A stretch of 59,213 bases of DNA from a virus (lineage: Duplodnaviria; Caudoviricetes), in the IMG/VR virus record IMGVR_UViG_3300012894_000001, positions 1 through 59,213 of that record; one strand, written 5' to 3'. Each line of letters opens with the position of its first letter. The first letter of the stretch is position 1. Positions 16,770 through 25,861 of this stretch are shown here, in pieces. The notes below the pieces were generated by a model. The model searched no databases. It was not told the DNA's origin and saw nothing but the letters and a program-made list of their open reading frames with translations. Position numbers and translations under genes: made by a program.

Positions 16770-18362
16770 TCAGGCGGCGTCGGTGCTGATCTTCAGGTCG
16801 AGGAAGGAGGTGGCGGCCGTCAGGCCGATGACCGTGCCTGCTGCCTTGAACAGCTGGATGCGTGCCGCTCTGGCGGCATCCGCCTCGGCCAGCCCAGCGA
16901 GCGGGGACGCGGGGACATTCCGCTGGATGTTGTTCGCGGTGGTCAGCCCGGTGGTAGTCGGCGTCCAGATCGGCGTGTAGCCCTTCCGGTAGGTGCCGCT
17001 CTTGTCGAACACGTAGTAGCCGACGTCCGAGTTGGTGATGAAGTTGTCGTGGTACAGGGAGGCGTCCGAGTTGGTCAGGTTCCAGCTCTGCAGTCCACCA
17101 CCTTCCTGCCCGTTGCCGTCCGCCCCGCTCTGGGAGGCCCAGGCCAGCTTGCTGTAGCCACCAGGCGCATTGCTCCGGATCACGCCGGCGCTGACGACGA
17201 TGATGTTGTCGAGCCCCTGATGGTGCCCAGCCTGAATCGCCGCGCCGTAGTTTGCGGTCGTGACGATGGTCACGGACTGCATCACGAAGCCCTGCGACAC
17301 CGTCGTCTCCGTGAGCCCCGTGAAGCCGATCTGGTCGCCCATCAGTCCGCCCGTGCCGGAGTAGGGAATGGTGTTACCGTTGCTGTCCCGACCGAACCAT
17401 ACCGTTGTCCCGCCGCTGGCGACGAACAGGGGGTCATACGGCAGGGCGTTCTCGACCAGCCCGCGCCGGAAGTACATCGTCTCGCCTGACTTGCAGTAAC
17501 TGTTGTAGACGCTGAGAGCATCCTCGAAGTAGGCCCCGTACACGGGGTCGTTCCGAAGGATGAAGTCCTCGCAATACGAGTTGTTGCCGGGAAAGCTCTT
17601 GCAGTTCTGGAGCTGAATGTAGTTCGCGACGAGGTGGTTGGTGGTCCAGTTGCCGCTCGCGTCCACCTGCCGGCCGTCGACGTTGTACTTGCCCCACTTC
17701 GAGATGCGCACACCACCGGTGGAGAGGCCGCTCAGCGCGTTGGAATTGAAGTCGGCCATCAGGGTGCCGCGCGTGCCGTGCGACTCGCAGTTCACCACCT
17801 CGAGATTCGCCACCTTCTCGCCGGCGATGTCATGGGCCGGCAGGGCGTTGGCGAACCCTGCCGGTGGTTTGCCAGACAGGAACAGGGTTTCTTCGAACCG
17901 GAGATTTGCGTTGGTCCCGAGGTACACCATGCCGGTCTGCTGGCTGGCGTTCAGGCCCCACCCGAAGAGATTGCTCAGGTAGACGGTGACGGCCAGGGTC
18001 GTGAGGAACTTGACGGCCGGCACCCCGGGGACGGTGCTCCGCAGGTTGCCGAGGCTGATGCGGTACCGTCCATTCACCATCGGGCCATACGTTCCAGCGG
18101 TCAGGTCGGCGTCCGTGATGACGAGTGAGGTGGTCCGGTCCGTCCAGCCGATCAGGTTCGCAAGCCTGTTCCGCAGGGTGATCAGGTTCAGACCGTCAAT
18201 CAGGAAGGCCGGAAGAATCCGCCCGTTGGCCCCCTCGGCGAGCGCGAGGCTGACCGAGGTGGTCACCACCAGGGCGGCGCCGTCCAGTCGGTACTTGGTG
18301 GCCGGGTTGTCCGCGAGCACCACCAGGCCTTTGGCGTCGATCGTGACGTAGCGGGCCATCAC
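16770..18362 (-). CDS. Tail-associated beta-helix-like protein (putative receptor-binding/depolymerase)
   Basis: G/N/T/S-rich 530 aa protein in the fibre cluster. Confidence 0.65.
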   Translation of the reverse strand: MMARYVTIDAKGLVVLADNPATKYRLDGAALVVTTSVSLALAEGANGRILPAFLIDGLNLITLRNRLANLIGWTDRTTSLVITDADLTAGTYGPMVNGRYRISLGNLRSTVPGVPAVKFLTTLAVTVYLSNLFGWGLNASQQTGMVYLGTNANLRFEETLFLSGKPPAGFANALPAHDIAGEKVANLEVVNCESHGTRGTLMADFNSNALSGLSTGGVRISKWGKYNVDGRQVDASGNWTTNHLVANYIQLQNCKSFPGNNSYCEDFILRNDPVYGAYFEDALSVYNSYCKSGETMYFRRGLVENALPYDPLFVASGGTTVWFGRDSNGNTIPYSGTGGLMGDQIGFTGLTETTVSQGFVMQSVTIVTTANYGAAIQAGHHQGLDNIIVVSAGVIRSNAPGGYSKLAWASQSGADGNGQEGGGLQSWNLTNSDASLYHDNFITNSDVGYYVFDKSGTYRKGYTPIWTPTTTGLTTANNIQRNVPASPLAGLAEADAARAARIQLFKAAGTVIGLTAATSFLDLKISTDAA

Positions 18363-19759
18363 GGGCCTCTGGGAGCAGAACCTGGGGCAGCCCAGTAGGC
18401 GCCGAAGTCGCCGATCCAGACCCGGCCACCACCGCCGCCCACGCCGACGCCGCCCGCGCCCATCACGCTGTTCTGCCAGCCCCAGAGCGTGTAGTCGCTG
18501 GGTTCCGTGCCGCCGGTCGGCCAGATCTTCGCGCCGACGAAGGTGCCGATGGTGTCGAGCACTACCCGGAAGCCGACGCCGCCGTCGAGGGTGGGGGCGA
18601 GCTGATTGCCGCTGGCCGGGTCGGTGCAGTTCACCCAGTTGGTGTTGCCGTTGAAATACCCGAGGGAGAACGTTCGGTTGGCCGCAGTGTCGTTGGAGTT
18701 GATGTACACACCGACCCCCACCGGCGCCGCGCCCGTGCCTGAGACGCGGTTCAGCACCACCATCGGGCTTCTGTTCCCGTCGCCCTTGCTGACGACCGTC
18801 TGCATGCCACCGTCGACGAAGGCGGTGATCCCGGCGTGCATGCCGACCTGCCAGGCGTAGGCGGTGTTGTTGAACTCAGCGATCGCCCCGTTTGGCGAGG
18901 AGCTGTTCGTGTTTGCCTGCGTGAACCGGAAGGTGCCGCCGAAGTTCCCCCAGGGGTAGGTCCAGATGCCGGCCGGAATCGCCGCGCCGTCCGTGTAGGC
19001 ATAGGTGCCGGTGGTGGCGATCTTATCCTGCACCGTCTGGACCGGTGTGCCGGTGATGTCACCGAAGCGGATGCTGCCGAGCGTCAGGTTGGCCAGCAGG
19101 GTGCTGGCGCTGAGTGCTTGCCCCGGTTCCAGGTACGCCTGGAAGGCGGTCGGAGCATACGGCGTGTAGCCGTTCGACGCGTTCCGGTCGTAGTAGGCCA
19201 CGTTCGTGTCGGCGTTGCTCGTCTTCTGCTTGAGCGTCATCACGAGACCAGCCGTCAGCCCCGACAGCCCGGTGATCTGCCCCTGGTTCAGCAGGTAGTA
19301 GTTGCCGTTCGGGTGCTTGAAGAATCTCGGAATGTTGTCGCGGAGCTTGCCCAGCATCGAGCGGTCGAGGTCGCGCACCACACCGGGCGCGACGAGGTAG
19401 CAGATGCAGCCGGTGGTGCCGCCCGTCAGGCCGGTGACGATCAGCGGATCGGGGGCCGCGGCGCCTGCCGCCGCCAGCACTTCCATCTTGGCGCTGTCGA
19501 AGGCGAACGTGGCTGGGCTGGTGTGGGCCGCCGTGACCCGGTAGCTGCTGCCGCCCTGGGTGAAGGTGTCGTTGACCGCGTAGGCCGTCGCGGCGGCCCA
19601 GGCGTTACGGGGATTCAGACCGGCCACGGTGAAATCGGTCTGCCCGGTGCCGTCGTCGTAAGCGACCCGCAGCGTGGTCGCGTTCGGCTTGCTGAAGGCC
19701 AGTCCCCGCCCGGCCTTGCCGCCTCCGCCTCCGCCCCTGCCCCCGAAGTTGCCGGTCAT
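18359..19759 (-). CDS. Tail fibre-like protein with a CBM5/12-type carbohydrate-binding module
   Basis: AWAAATAYAVNDTFTQGGSSYRVTAAHTS motif; beta-sandwich-like C-terminus. Confidence 0.7.
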   Translation of the reverse strand: MTGNFGGRGGGGGGKAGRGLAFSKPNATTLRVAYDDGTGQTDFTVAGLNPRNAWAAATAYAVNDTFTQGGSSYRVTAAHTSPATFAFDSAKMEVLAAAGAAAPDPLIVTGLTGGTTGCICYLVAPGVVRDLDRSMLGKLRDNIPRFFKHPNGNYYLLNQGQITGLSGLTAGLVMTLKQKTSNADTNVAYYDRNASNGYTPYAPTAFQAYLEPGQALSASTLLANLTLGSIRFGDITGTPVQTVQDKIATTGTYAYTDGAAIPAGIWTYPWGNFGGTFRFTQANTNSSSPNGAIAEFNNTAYAWQVGMHAGITAFVDGGMQTVVSKGDGNRSPMVVLNRVSGTGAAPVGVGVYINSNDTAANRTFSLGYFNGNTNWVNCTDPASGNQLAPTLDGGVGFRVVLDTIGTFVGAKIWPTGGTEPSDYTLWGWQNSVMGAGGVGVGGGGGRVWIGDFGAYWAAPGSAPRGP

Positions 19760-20154
19760 TTGGCGAACCAGGTCAGGCGCACGCCCGCCGTCGACTTGAG
19801 GGCGAGGTGGGTGAACTGAGTCAGGCCGGTGCTGTCGAGCAGCCGGTAGGTGTCGGCCGTGCCCGCAGGCAGATAGCCACCCGCCGAGCCGTTGCTCACG
19901 TCAGCAACCGGAGCCTCAGCGGTCACGGTGCCGTTGCCAGCCCGGAAGCGCAGGTCGCTCAGGATGGTGCCGACCACCAGGTTCTCGATTCGTACCGAGC
20001 CGGCATTCGTGGGGATCTGCACCGGGTGCACGCCGTCGAGGGACTGGCTGCCCGGCAGGTACTCGTTGATCATCCCGTCGATGGGGGTCATCAGGATCGG
20101 GGCATAGTTCGGCCCCGAGGGCTGGAAGGCGAGCGGCTGTGCTTTGTCGGACAT
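19756..20154 (-). CDS. Hypothetical tail-associated protein
   Basis: AGGAGG SD; ATGA coupling. Confidence 0.7.
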   Translation of the reverse strand: MSDKAQPLAFQPSGPNYAPILMTPIDGMINEYLPGSQSLDGVHPVQIPTNAGSVRIENLVVGTILSDLRFRAGNGTVTAEAPVADVSNGSAGGYLPAGTADTYRLLDSTGLTQFTHLALKSTAGVRLTWFAK

Positions 20155-20166
20155 GCTGAACCTCCT

Positions 20167-20190
20167 GAAAAACCCCGCCGAAGCGGGGTG
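20167..20190 (-). terminator. Intrinsic terminator after the tailspike gene
   Basis: ACCCCGC-TTCG-GCGGGGT-TTTT on the minus strand. Confidence 0.8.
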
Positions 20191-20207
20191 TGGATGGGCT
20201 GAGTGGC

Positions 20208-22313
20208 TCAGTTCTCTAGGCGCCTGATACTCACGCTGGTGGTGATGTTGACGGTGTCGCCATAGACCTGCGTCCCTGTGCTGCTGTAGGCCCAGACGTC
20301 GATCACGTCACCGGTGACCAGTTCCAGCATCCCGGTATTCGTCAGAGCGATGGAGCCGGTTACGATGCCGTCCTCACCGATCTTCAGCGACTCGACATTG
20401 TACCGCCGGACGGCCGCGTTGACGCTGGTCCCGTTCGACCCGACGAACACCACCGTCGCGGCGATCAGGTAGAGCCCGTTCGCCTTCACGGTGTACGTGC
20501 CCGGTGCCATCGCGTCGGGCCTGACGGCGTCCCCGCCGGTACTCATGACGCGCTCCATGTTCACCCGCGTCCAGGTCGTCGCCGGGATGCTTTGCAGGGC
20601 GTTCTGGGCAGCGGCGGCCAGGAGCGGCTGGTATTCGAGTTGACCATCCGGTCCAGTCACGTCCCTGACGATGGTGTTCGGCCCGACCTTGACCACGGCA
20701 CGGTCATAGGCGCCGGTGGCCGAGCCGTTGAGGATCTTGTTGCGGTCGCTGATCCCGATCTCGCGCACCGCCACGTCCTGATGGGTGCGGGTGCCATTGA
20801 TCGTGTGCTCTCCGGCGTAGACCGTGCAGTCGAAGCTGTCGACCAGCAGGATGTCCGCGAACCCGTACCCCGGCCCAACCTCCCCGGTGGTCTGGTCAGG
20901 GTCATTGATCCGGTTGTTGTTGATGTAGGTGTTCGCGTGTACGACGAGGTGGCGCGTCTGGTACGCATAGATGGCCCATTTTCCGAGCTGGTAGAAGTGC
21001 CCGGCGATCTGGTGCAGGCTCCCGCCCTCAATCAGCGCGGCCCCACCGGTCAGCACGCCGTCGTAGCTGCCGTCGAAGCGGCAGTCGGCCAGGACCTGCA
21101 TGCTGACGGCGTTCGGGGTGCACCAGATGGCGCACTTGTCCCAGCTGGGTACGAAGTCGGTGCCGGCCACTGAAAGGTTGACCGTCTCCACTTTCAAACC
21201 GAACTCGCGCCGGTTCGCCCAGATGTAATTGCTGCCGGTGATGCGGGAGTCGCTGTGTTGCATCACCACGCTGCCGCTCTTGCACCAGATGTTGGTCAGG
21301 CGCGTCATGAAGCACGTGGCGTTGCCGCTGGCCAGACAGGCGATACCTGACAGGCCCTGCCGGTCGAGGTCGTCCTTCGAAAAGACGTTCACGTCCTCGA
21401 CCACCGCGTTGATGGTGTCCCAGAGGGTGATCTCCCAGGTGGCCGTGGGATGCACGTCGGGGCGTTCGAGCGACATCCGTCGGATCGTCACACCCTTGGT
21501 GCCCTCGGCCAGCACCTTCTTACCTTCCGCGTCATTCGGCAGGGCAGCCTTCGGTGCCGTCTCGAAGAACGGTACGTCTGTGGTCGCCAGTAGGATGGTG
21601 GCCATGCCGGAGCCGTAAAGGTCGGTGTTGGCCCCCACCACGACCTTGTGTGCCCACTGGTAGGTGGCCGGGAGGATGTACACCTGCCCGCCCACGTTCA
21701 CTGCGGTCTGCAGCGCGTCGCTGTTGACCGTGCCGGAGGCCGCCGCGCTCATGCCGGCCCAGGCAGCGAGCACCGGCCCAGCGTAGAGCCGGATCGCGTA
21801 CAGACCGCCGGGCAGCCCGTACACCGTGCACCCGTTGGTCGCGCCGGTATCCCGGACGGCAAAAGTGCCACCCAGGATCGCCTGCTGCACAATCACCGTG
21901 TCCCCCGAGGCCAGCCCGGCGACACCGGCCAGCAAGGTCGCCAGGGTATCCACCGTCAACCGCTGCCGGATCTGGTTCACGTCGGCGCTGCTAGCAAGGG
22001 CGTCACCCGCCGCCACCCAGGCGTGCGTGGCGAAGTTCCACTCGACCCGCTGCTGCCGCCCCCCGGGCCGGTAGGCGCCGCTCAGGGGCCGGTCCCGTGA
22101 CCAGGCGGTCTGCTCGCTGCTGGTCGGCACACGCGGCAGGGAAGCCGTGAACGAGATGAAGCGGGGATCGAGACCGGCCAGGGCCAGCACGGCGGGGCCG
22201 GCGTCGGCGGCGACCTGCAGGTCGTCTGCCATGGTCCCGACCCGCTGGGTCAGGTCGGCGTACAGTTCGACCGCGCCGCCGAGGGCGTCGGCTTTCAGGA
22301 ACTCGTTGCTCAT
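20208..22313 (-). CDS. Tailspike with pectate-lyase-like beta-helix and C1q-like C-terminal domain
   Basis: NSDALQTAVN..VYILPATY..LYGSG beta-helix cap; TYTVKANGLYLI..LELVTGDVIDV C1q-like motif. Confidence 0.8.
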   Translation of the reverse strand: MSNEFLKADALGGAVELYADLTQRVGTMADDLQVAADAGPAVLALAGLDPRFISFTASLPRVPTSSEQTAWSRDRPLSGAYRPGGRQQRVEWNFATHAWVAAGDALASSADVNQIRQRLTVDTLATLLAGVAGLASGDTVIVQQAILGGTFAVRDTGATNGCTVYGLPGGLYAIRLYAGPVLAAWAGMSAAASGTVNSDALQTAVNVGGQVYILPATYQWAHKVVVGANTDLYGSGMATILLATTDVPFFETAPKAALPNDAEGKKVLAEGTKGVTIRRMSLERPDVHPTATWEITLWDTINAVVEDVNVFSKDDLDRQGLSGIACLASGNATCFMTRLTNIWCKSGSVVMQHSDSRITGSNYIWANRREFGLKVETVNLSVAGTDFVPSWDKCAIWCTPNAVSMQVLADCRFDGSYDGVLTGGAALIEGGSLHQIAGHFYQLGKWAIYAYQTRHLVVHANTYINNNRINDPDQTTGEVGPGYGFADILLVDSFDCTVYAGEHTINGTRTHQDVAVREIGISDRNKILNGSATGAYDRAVVKVGPNTIVRDVTGPDGQLEYQPLLAAAAQNALQSIPATTWTRVNMERVMSTGGDAVRPDAMAPGTYTVKANGLYLIAATVVFVGSNGTSVNAAVRRYNVESLKIGEDGIVTGSIALTNTGMLELVTGDVIDVWAYSSTGTQVYGDTVNITTSVSIRRLEN

Positions 22314-22930
22314 CCGCCCGCCCGGATGATGTAGTTCAGGGCCAGGAAGGGCGGCATGGTGTTGTGGCCCGCGTTCCCGCCCGTCGCGTCGGTGGGGGCT
22401 GCGCCGTTGTAGTCGTAGCTCCCGAAGCCGGTGGTGCCACCGTGGGCACCCTGCGGAATCTCGTACAGCCCGGCGGTGTCATTCTGGGCGGTCGGAGCCA
22501 GGTGGGTGTGGCTGGGCATCTCCTGCAGGGTCAGGGCGTGGGCCTCCTCACCGCCGGTCTGGCCGCGCGTGCGGTTGCTGAGGCCCTGTCCCTGCCCGGC
22601 GCCGATCACCGTGCGGCCGCGCAGGTCTGGCAGGTTGAACGTCGTCGTGTTGTTTCCGGCGCCGAAGGTGGTGCCGATGGCCGCGTACAGCTGCGCGTAA
22701 TCGGTCCGGCTCACGGTCTGCCCGTTACAGATCAGCCAACCGGCGGGTGCGGCCGGACCGGCGAAGGCCAGCACGGTGCCGGGCGGGCAGACGAGGAGTT
22801 GCACCCCGGAGAGCATGTTCAGCAGCTTCTGGAAGGCGTTCCGGAGTGGTCCGCTGTCGCGCGGGTCTCCGGTGCTCGGCACGGTCAGGGAGCCCAACGG
22901 CTCGGCGGTCGGGGTGAGTTGCTGAGGCAT
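22310..22930 (-). CDS. Phage tail collar domain protein
   Basis: PPGTVLAFAGPAAPAGWLICNGQTVSRTDYAQLYAAIGTTFG..TFNLPDLRGR. Confidence 0.92.
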   Translation of the reverse strand: MPQQLTPTAEPLGSLTVPSTGDPRDSGPLRNAFQKLLNMLSGVQLLVCPPGTVLAFAGPAAPAGWLICNGQTVSRTDYAQLYAAIGTTFGAGNNTTTFNLPDLRGRTVIGAGQGQGLSNRTRGQTGGEEAHALTLQEMPSHTHLAPTAQNDTAGLYEIPQGAHGGTTGFGSYDYNGAAPTDATGGNAGHNTMPPFLALNYIIRAGG

Positions 22931-22932
22931 GA

Positions 22933-23787
22933 TTACACTCCTGGTCTCAAGTAGAGGATCGTCGGATGGTTGGTGTCCCAGACGCTGCCGTCATCCCAGG
23001 GCGAGCCGTCGTCCCAGTAGTCGGTGACGAACTGCGACACCAGATAGATGCCGCGCAGGCGGGCGTGGGCGGGCTTGATCTGGTCGATCACCGCGCGCAC
23101 CCGGTCGATCTCGGCCTGGGTGAGCGACAGGTCCCACAGCGAGCCGTCGTCCCAGCGGCTGTTGTCGTCCCAGGCGTCGGCGTTGAAGCTGGCCTCGGTG
23201 GGGGTCAGGTAGAGACTGAACTCGGCCCAGATGGTGCGGTCCGTCTGGTAGTGCTCGACGATCCGGGTCGGTGGGTAGCTGTAGTAGCGGTAGTCGTCCG
23301 GCACGATCAGGGTGGGCAGGGTGTAGGTCTGATCACCCACCGTGTAGGTGCGACTGCCGCTGGTCACCTCGCCGCCGCCCGCCTGGGTGAGCGTCACACC
23401 GCCCGTGACCGCCGGGAAGACCCCCTCGGCCGTGCTGCCCTCCAGCATGCCGATGCGCACGCCGTAGCCCATGTGCTCGAGGGCGGCCAGCATGCCGGGC
23501 AGGGTGCCCGCCTGGTCCCAGAACTCCCAGGCCCGCAGCAGGCGGTTCCGGAAGGCATCCGGGTACTCGCCGGGGTAGCGCTGCAGGCCGCGCTCCTGCC
23601 CGATCAGCTCCAGGCCGTCTTCGGGGGCGAACGCGATCAGCCGGGCCAGCATGGCGGCCTGCGCCCTGGCGGCCAGATCGTCGAGGACACCCGCCAGCGC
23701 CGCGAGATGCGCCTGGGTGCCTTGGTCCTGGTAGTCGAGCGGGTTGATCCGGCTCAGCCGCCGCAGGTAGTCACTGAACCCGGTCAC
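22933..23787 (-). CDS. Baseplate wedge/tail protein I-like
   Basis: LELIGQERGL..FRNRL..GT..GM and IKPAH motifs; follows baseplate J. Confidence 0.8.
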   Translation of the reverse strand: MTGFSDYLRRLSRINPLDYQDQGTQAHLAALAGVLDDLAARAQAAMLARLIAFAPEDGLELIGQERGLQRYPGEYPDAFRNRLLRAWEFWDQAGTLPGMLAALEHMGYGVRIGMLEGSTAEGVFPAVTGGVTLTQAGGGEVTSGSRTYTVGDQTYTLPTLIVPDDYRYYSYPPTRIVEHYQTDRTIWAEFSLYLTPTEASFNADAWDDNSRWDDGSLWDLSLTQAEIDRVRAVIDQIKPAHARLRGIYLVSQFVTDYWDDGSPWDDGSVWDTNHPTILYLRPGV

Positions 23788-24875
23788 CTCCAGACCAGCG
23801 TCGGCGTCAGGGTCACGGCCTGAACGGGGGTCAGCACCAGGTCACCGAAGCTGTCGGCGACCTTCGCGTCGACCATCCCGGCTGGCAGCATGGCCGCCTC
23901 GACGATCGCGCTCTCGTAGAGCGTGCCGCCGATCGGCATGGCCTGCTGAAGCGCCGAGAGGTTGGCGAGCACCTCGCCCTCAATCCGGGCATGGTCGGCT
24001 CCCGGCGCGTAGAGCGTCAGGGTCAGGCTGGCCTGCACCTCGGTCGCGGCGTACACCTGCACGTCGGCGGTGACCGGCCTGCGGTCCTGGATGTAGGCGT
24101 CAGCCAGCGCCACCGCTGCCGGGCCGATACCGCCCTCGCCCCAGACCACCACGTCGACGGTGCCCTGCCCGCGCGGGTGCTGATCGAGCACAGTCACCCG
24201 GTCGATGCTCGGCGCACTGGAGAGCGCCCAGAACTCGTACGCCCCCCGTGTCGCCCCTCCACCCCGCTCGGCCCATCGGAGGCGGCAGCGCTCTCTCAGG
24301 CTGGTGTCGCTCTCCCGGTCGGCCCCGGACAGCACCAGCCAGCCGGGGCCGTTCGTGACACTCAGACCCGGCTGCGGGGTGTTGAGTACGGTCAGGCTAC
24401 CGGTCACCACGTTCGCCGCGCTGCCCGCCTCCTGTGCCTGGGCCAGCACCGAGACGCTGCCTCCGGCCTCCACCGTGCCCCGTGCGAGCGTCACGAAGCG
24501 CACCGCGCCGCTGGTGGTGCTGGCCCAGACCGCCCCCGCCTCCAGTTCATACGGGCCGCTGCCCGGTAGGGCGGTGAACGTCAGGTACCCCTGAGCGAGC
24601 ACCGAATCCTGGCGCAGCAGGCCGTACTGGCTGTAGGCGAACTCATCCAGCGAGTCGCCGGCCGCCAGTTGCAGGTAACCACCCGCTGCCAGCAGGGCGA
24701 TCAGCCGCTCGTCGTCGGCCATTCCTTCAGCAGCGATCTCCAGCAGGGTGCGCTGCGGGTCGCCGGGCGTGTAGTTGGTGAGCGGGTGGCCTGGGAATTC
24801 CAGGCTCAGCACATTCAGCATCCGGGCCACGAGCTGCGCCCGGGTGCGCGGTTGGATCAGGTCAGAGAGGGGCAC
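23784..24875 (-). CDS. Baseplate J/gp47-like protein
   Basis: AAGDSLD, GADRESDTSLRER, AYEFWAL and RGQGTVDV motifs. Confidence 0.92.
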   Translation of the reverse strand: MPLSDLIQPRTRAQLVARMLNVLSLEFPGHPLTNYTPGDPQRTLLEIAAEGMADDERLIALLAAGGYLQLAAGDSLDEFAYSQYGLLRQDSVLAQGYLTFTALPGSGPYELEAGAVWASTTSGAVRFVTLARGTVEAGGSVSVLAQAQEAGSAANVVTGSLTVLNTPQPGLSVTNGPGWLVLSGADRESDTSLRERCRLRWAERGGGATRGAYEFWALSSAPSIDRVTVLDQHPRGQGTVDVVVWGEGGIGPAAVALADAYIQDRRPVTADVQVYAATEVQASLTLTLYAPGADHARIEGEVLANLSALQQAMPIGGTLYESAIVEAAMLPAGMVDAKVADSFGDLVLTPVQAVTLTPTLVWR

Positions 24876-25245
24876 TGGACACCTCGAATTGTTGCCCTGC
24901 CTGATCGGCGCTGATGACCAGAGTGAACGGTCCAGACGCCGTGTCGAGATCGGCTCTGAGCTGGATAGATTTCAAGGTGACTTCCACTGGCGTCACAGTT
25001 GCGTTCAGCACTCGTTCGTCCTCCTCAATCTCGATTTCCAGCACGGCACAGAGGTCTGCGCCCCCATCAGTCACACCCTCGCCGAGGTAGTCGTACAGAC
25101 TGCACCCGTAGCTGAGGTCATAAAAAACCGCACCTTTCGGGGTGCGGATGCGGCGCGCAATGGATTCGGTGAGCAGGTCAAGGCCGGAAATAAGGCGACC
25201 GTTCAGGCCCGGCGAGGCGCTCAGATCCGTGCCAAAGTCAGGCAT
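24862..25245 (-). CDS. Baseplate gp25/W-like protein
   Basis: SIARRIRTPKG..YG..IEEDERV pattern upstream of J. Confidence 0.85.
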   Translation of the reverse strand: MPDFGTDLSASPGLNGRLISGLDLLTESIARRIRTPKGAVFYDLSYGCSLYDYLGEGVTDGGADLCAVLEIEIEEDERVLNATVTPVEVTLKSIQLRADLDTASGPFTLVISADQAGQQFEVSSAPL

Positions 25246-25858
25246 GGAACACCGCCAGGAGGCCGGGAAGCGCCCCTAGCCGGGCATCCAATTGAGCCAG
25301 TAAGTCGTCGGTGGATGATTTCACCGCTTGCAGACTGGTCAGCTTCTCCTGAGCGTTGTTCAGCATGGACGCCTTGCCGGTCAGTTCGGTGTCCACTTTG
25401 GTCAGAGCGCCACCGGCCAGTCCGAGAAGATAGCCCGCCGCCGGGCATGCCGCCTTGACTGCGGTTGCCGTCGTCCCGCTGATAAGAGACTGAAGATCAT
25501 GTAGGGTTGTTTGGGCTTCTCCCAACATCGCTTGGGCATCAGCCAGCGCGGTAAGTTGGGATGTAACCCCTTCGATCTGAGTATCAATTAGCGCGGCGTA
25601 ACTGGTCAGCTTGGCCTTCTGATCGTTCAGAGCACCAGAGAGTAACCCCGCAACCTCAGTGCTCCCCAATTGGGCTTTCAAGGCGGCTGCGACCTGTGGA
25701 CCGAGGACGCCTGACAGGGCGTCTAAGTCGCAGGTGGTGGCAGGCGGTGGCAGAGCGGGAAGTTCCGTAGTAGGTGGCTGCGGGACTTCAGAAGGCGCAT
25801 TGGCCTGTTGAGCTTCCCAGTTCGCACCCTGTGAGTCAAGGAATTCTGTGAGTAGCAT
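25238..25858 (-). CDS. Coiled-coil hypothetical protein in the baseplate cluster
   Basis: Coupled to both neighbours; heptad-rich. Confidence 0.65.
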   Translation of the reverse strand: MLLTEFLDSQGANWEAQQANAPSEVPQPPTTELPALPPPATTCDLDALSGVLGPQVAAALKAQLGSTEVAGLLSGALNDQKAKLTSYAALIDTQIEGVTSQLTALADAQAMLGEAQTTLHDLQSLISGTTATAVKAACPAAGYLLGLAGGALTKVDTELTGKASMLNNAQEKLTSLQAVKSSTDDLLAQLDARLGALPGLLAVFHA

Positions 25859-25861
25859 CTT

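Noticed and set aside
16770-22313. Diversity-generating retroelement or invertible tail-fibre switch
   Set aside because: I see no reverse transcriptase or invertase and noticed no template/variable repeat pair or inverted crossover sites.
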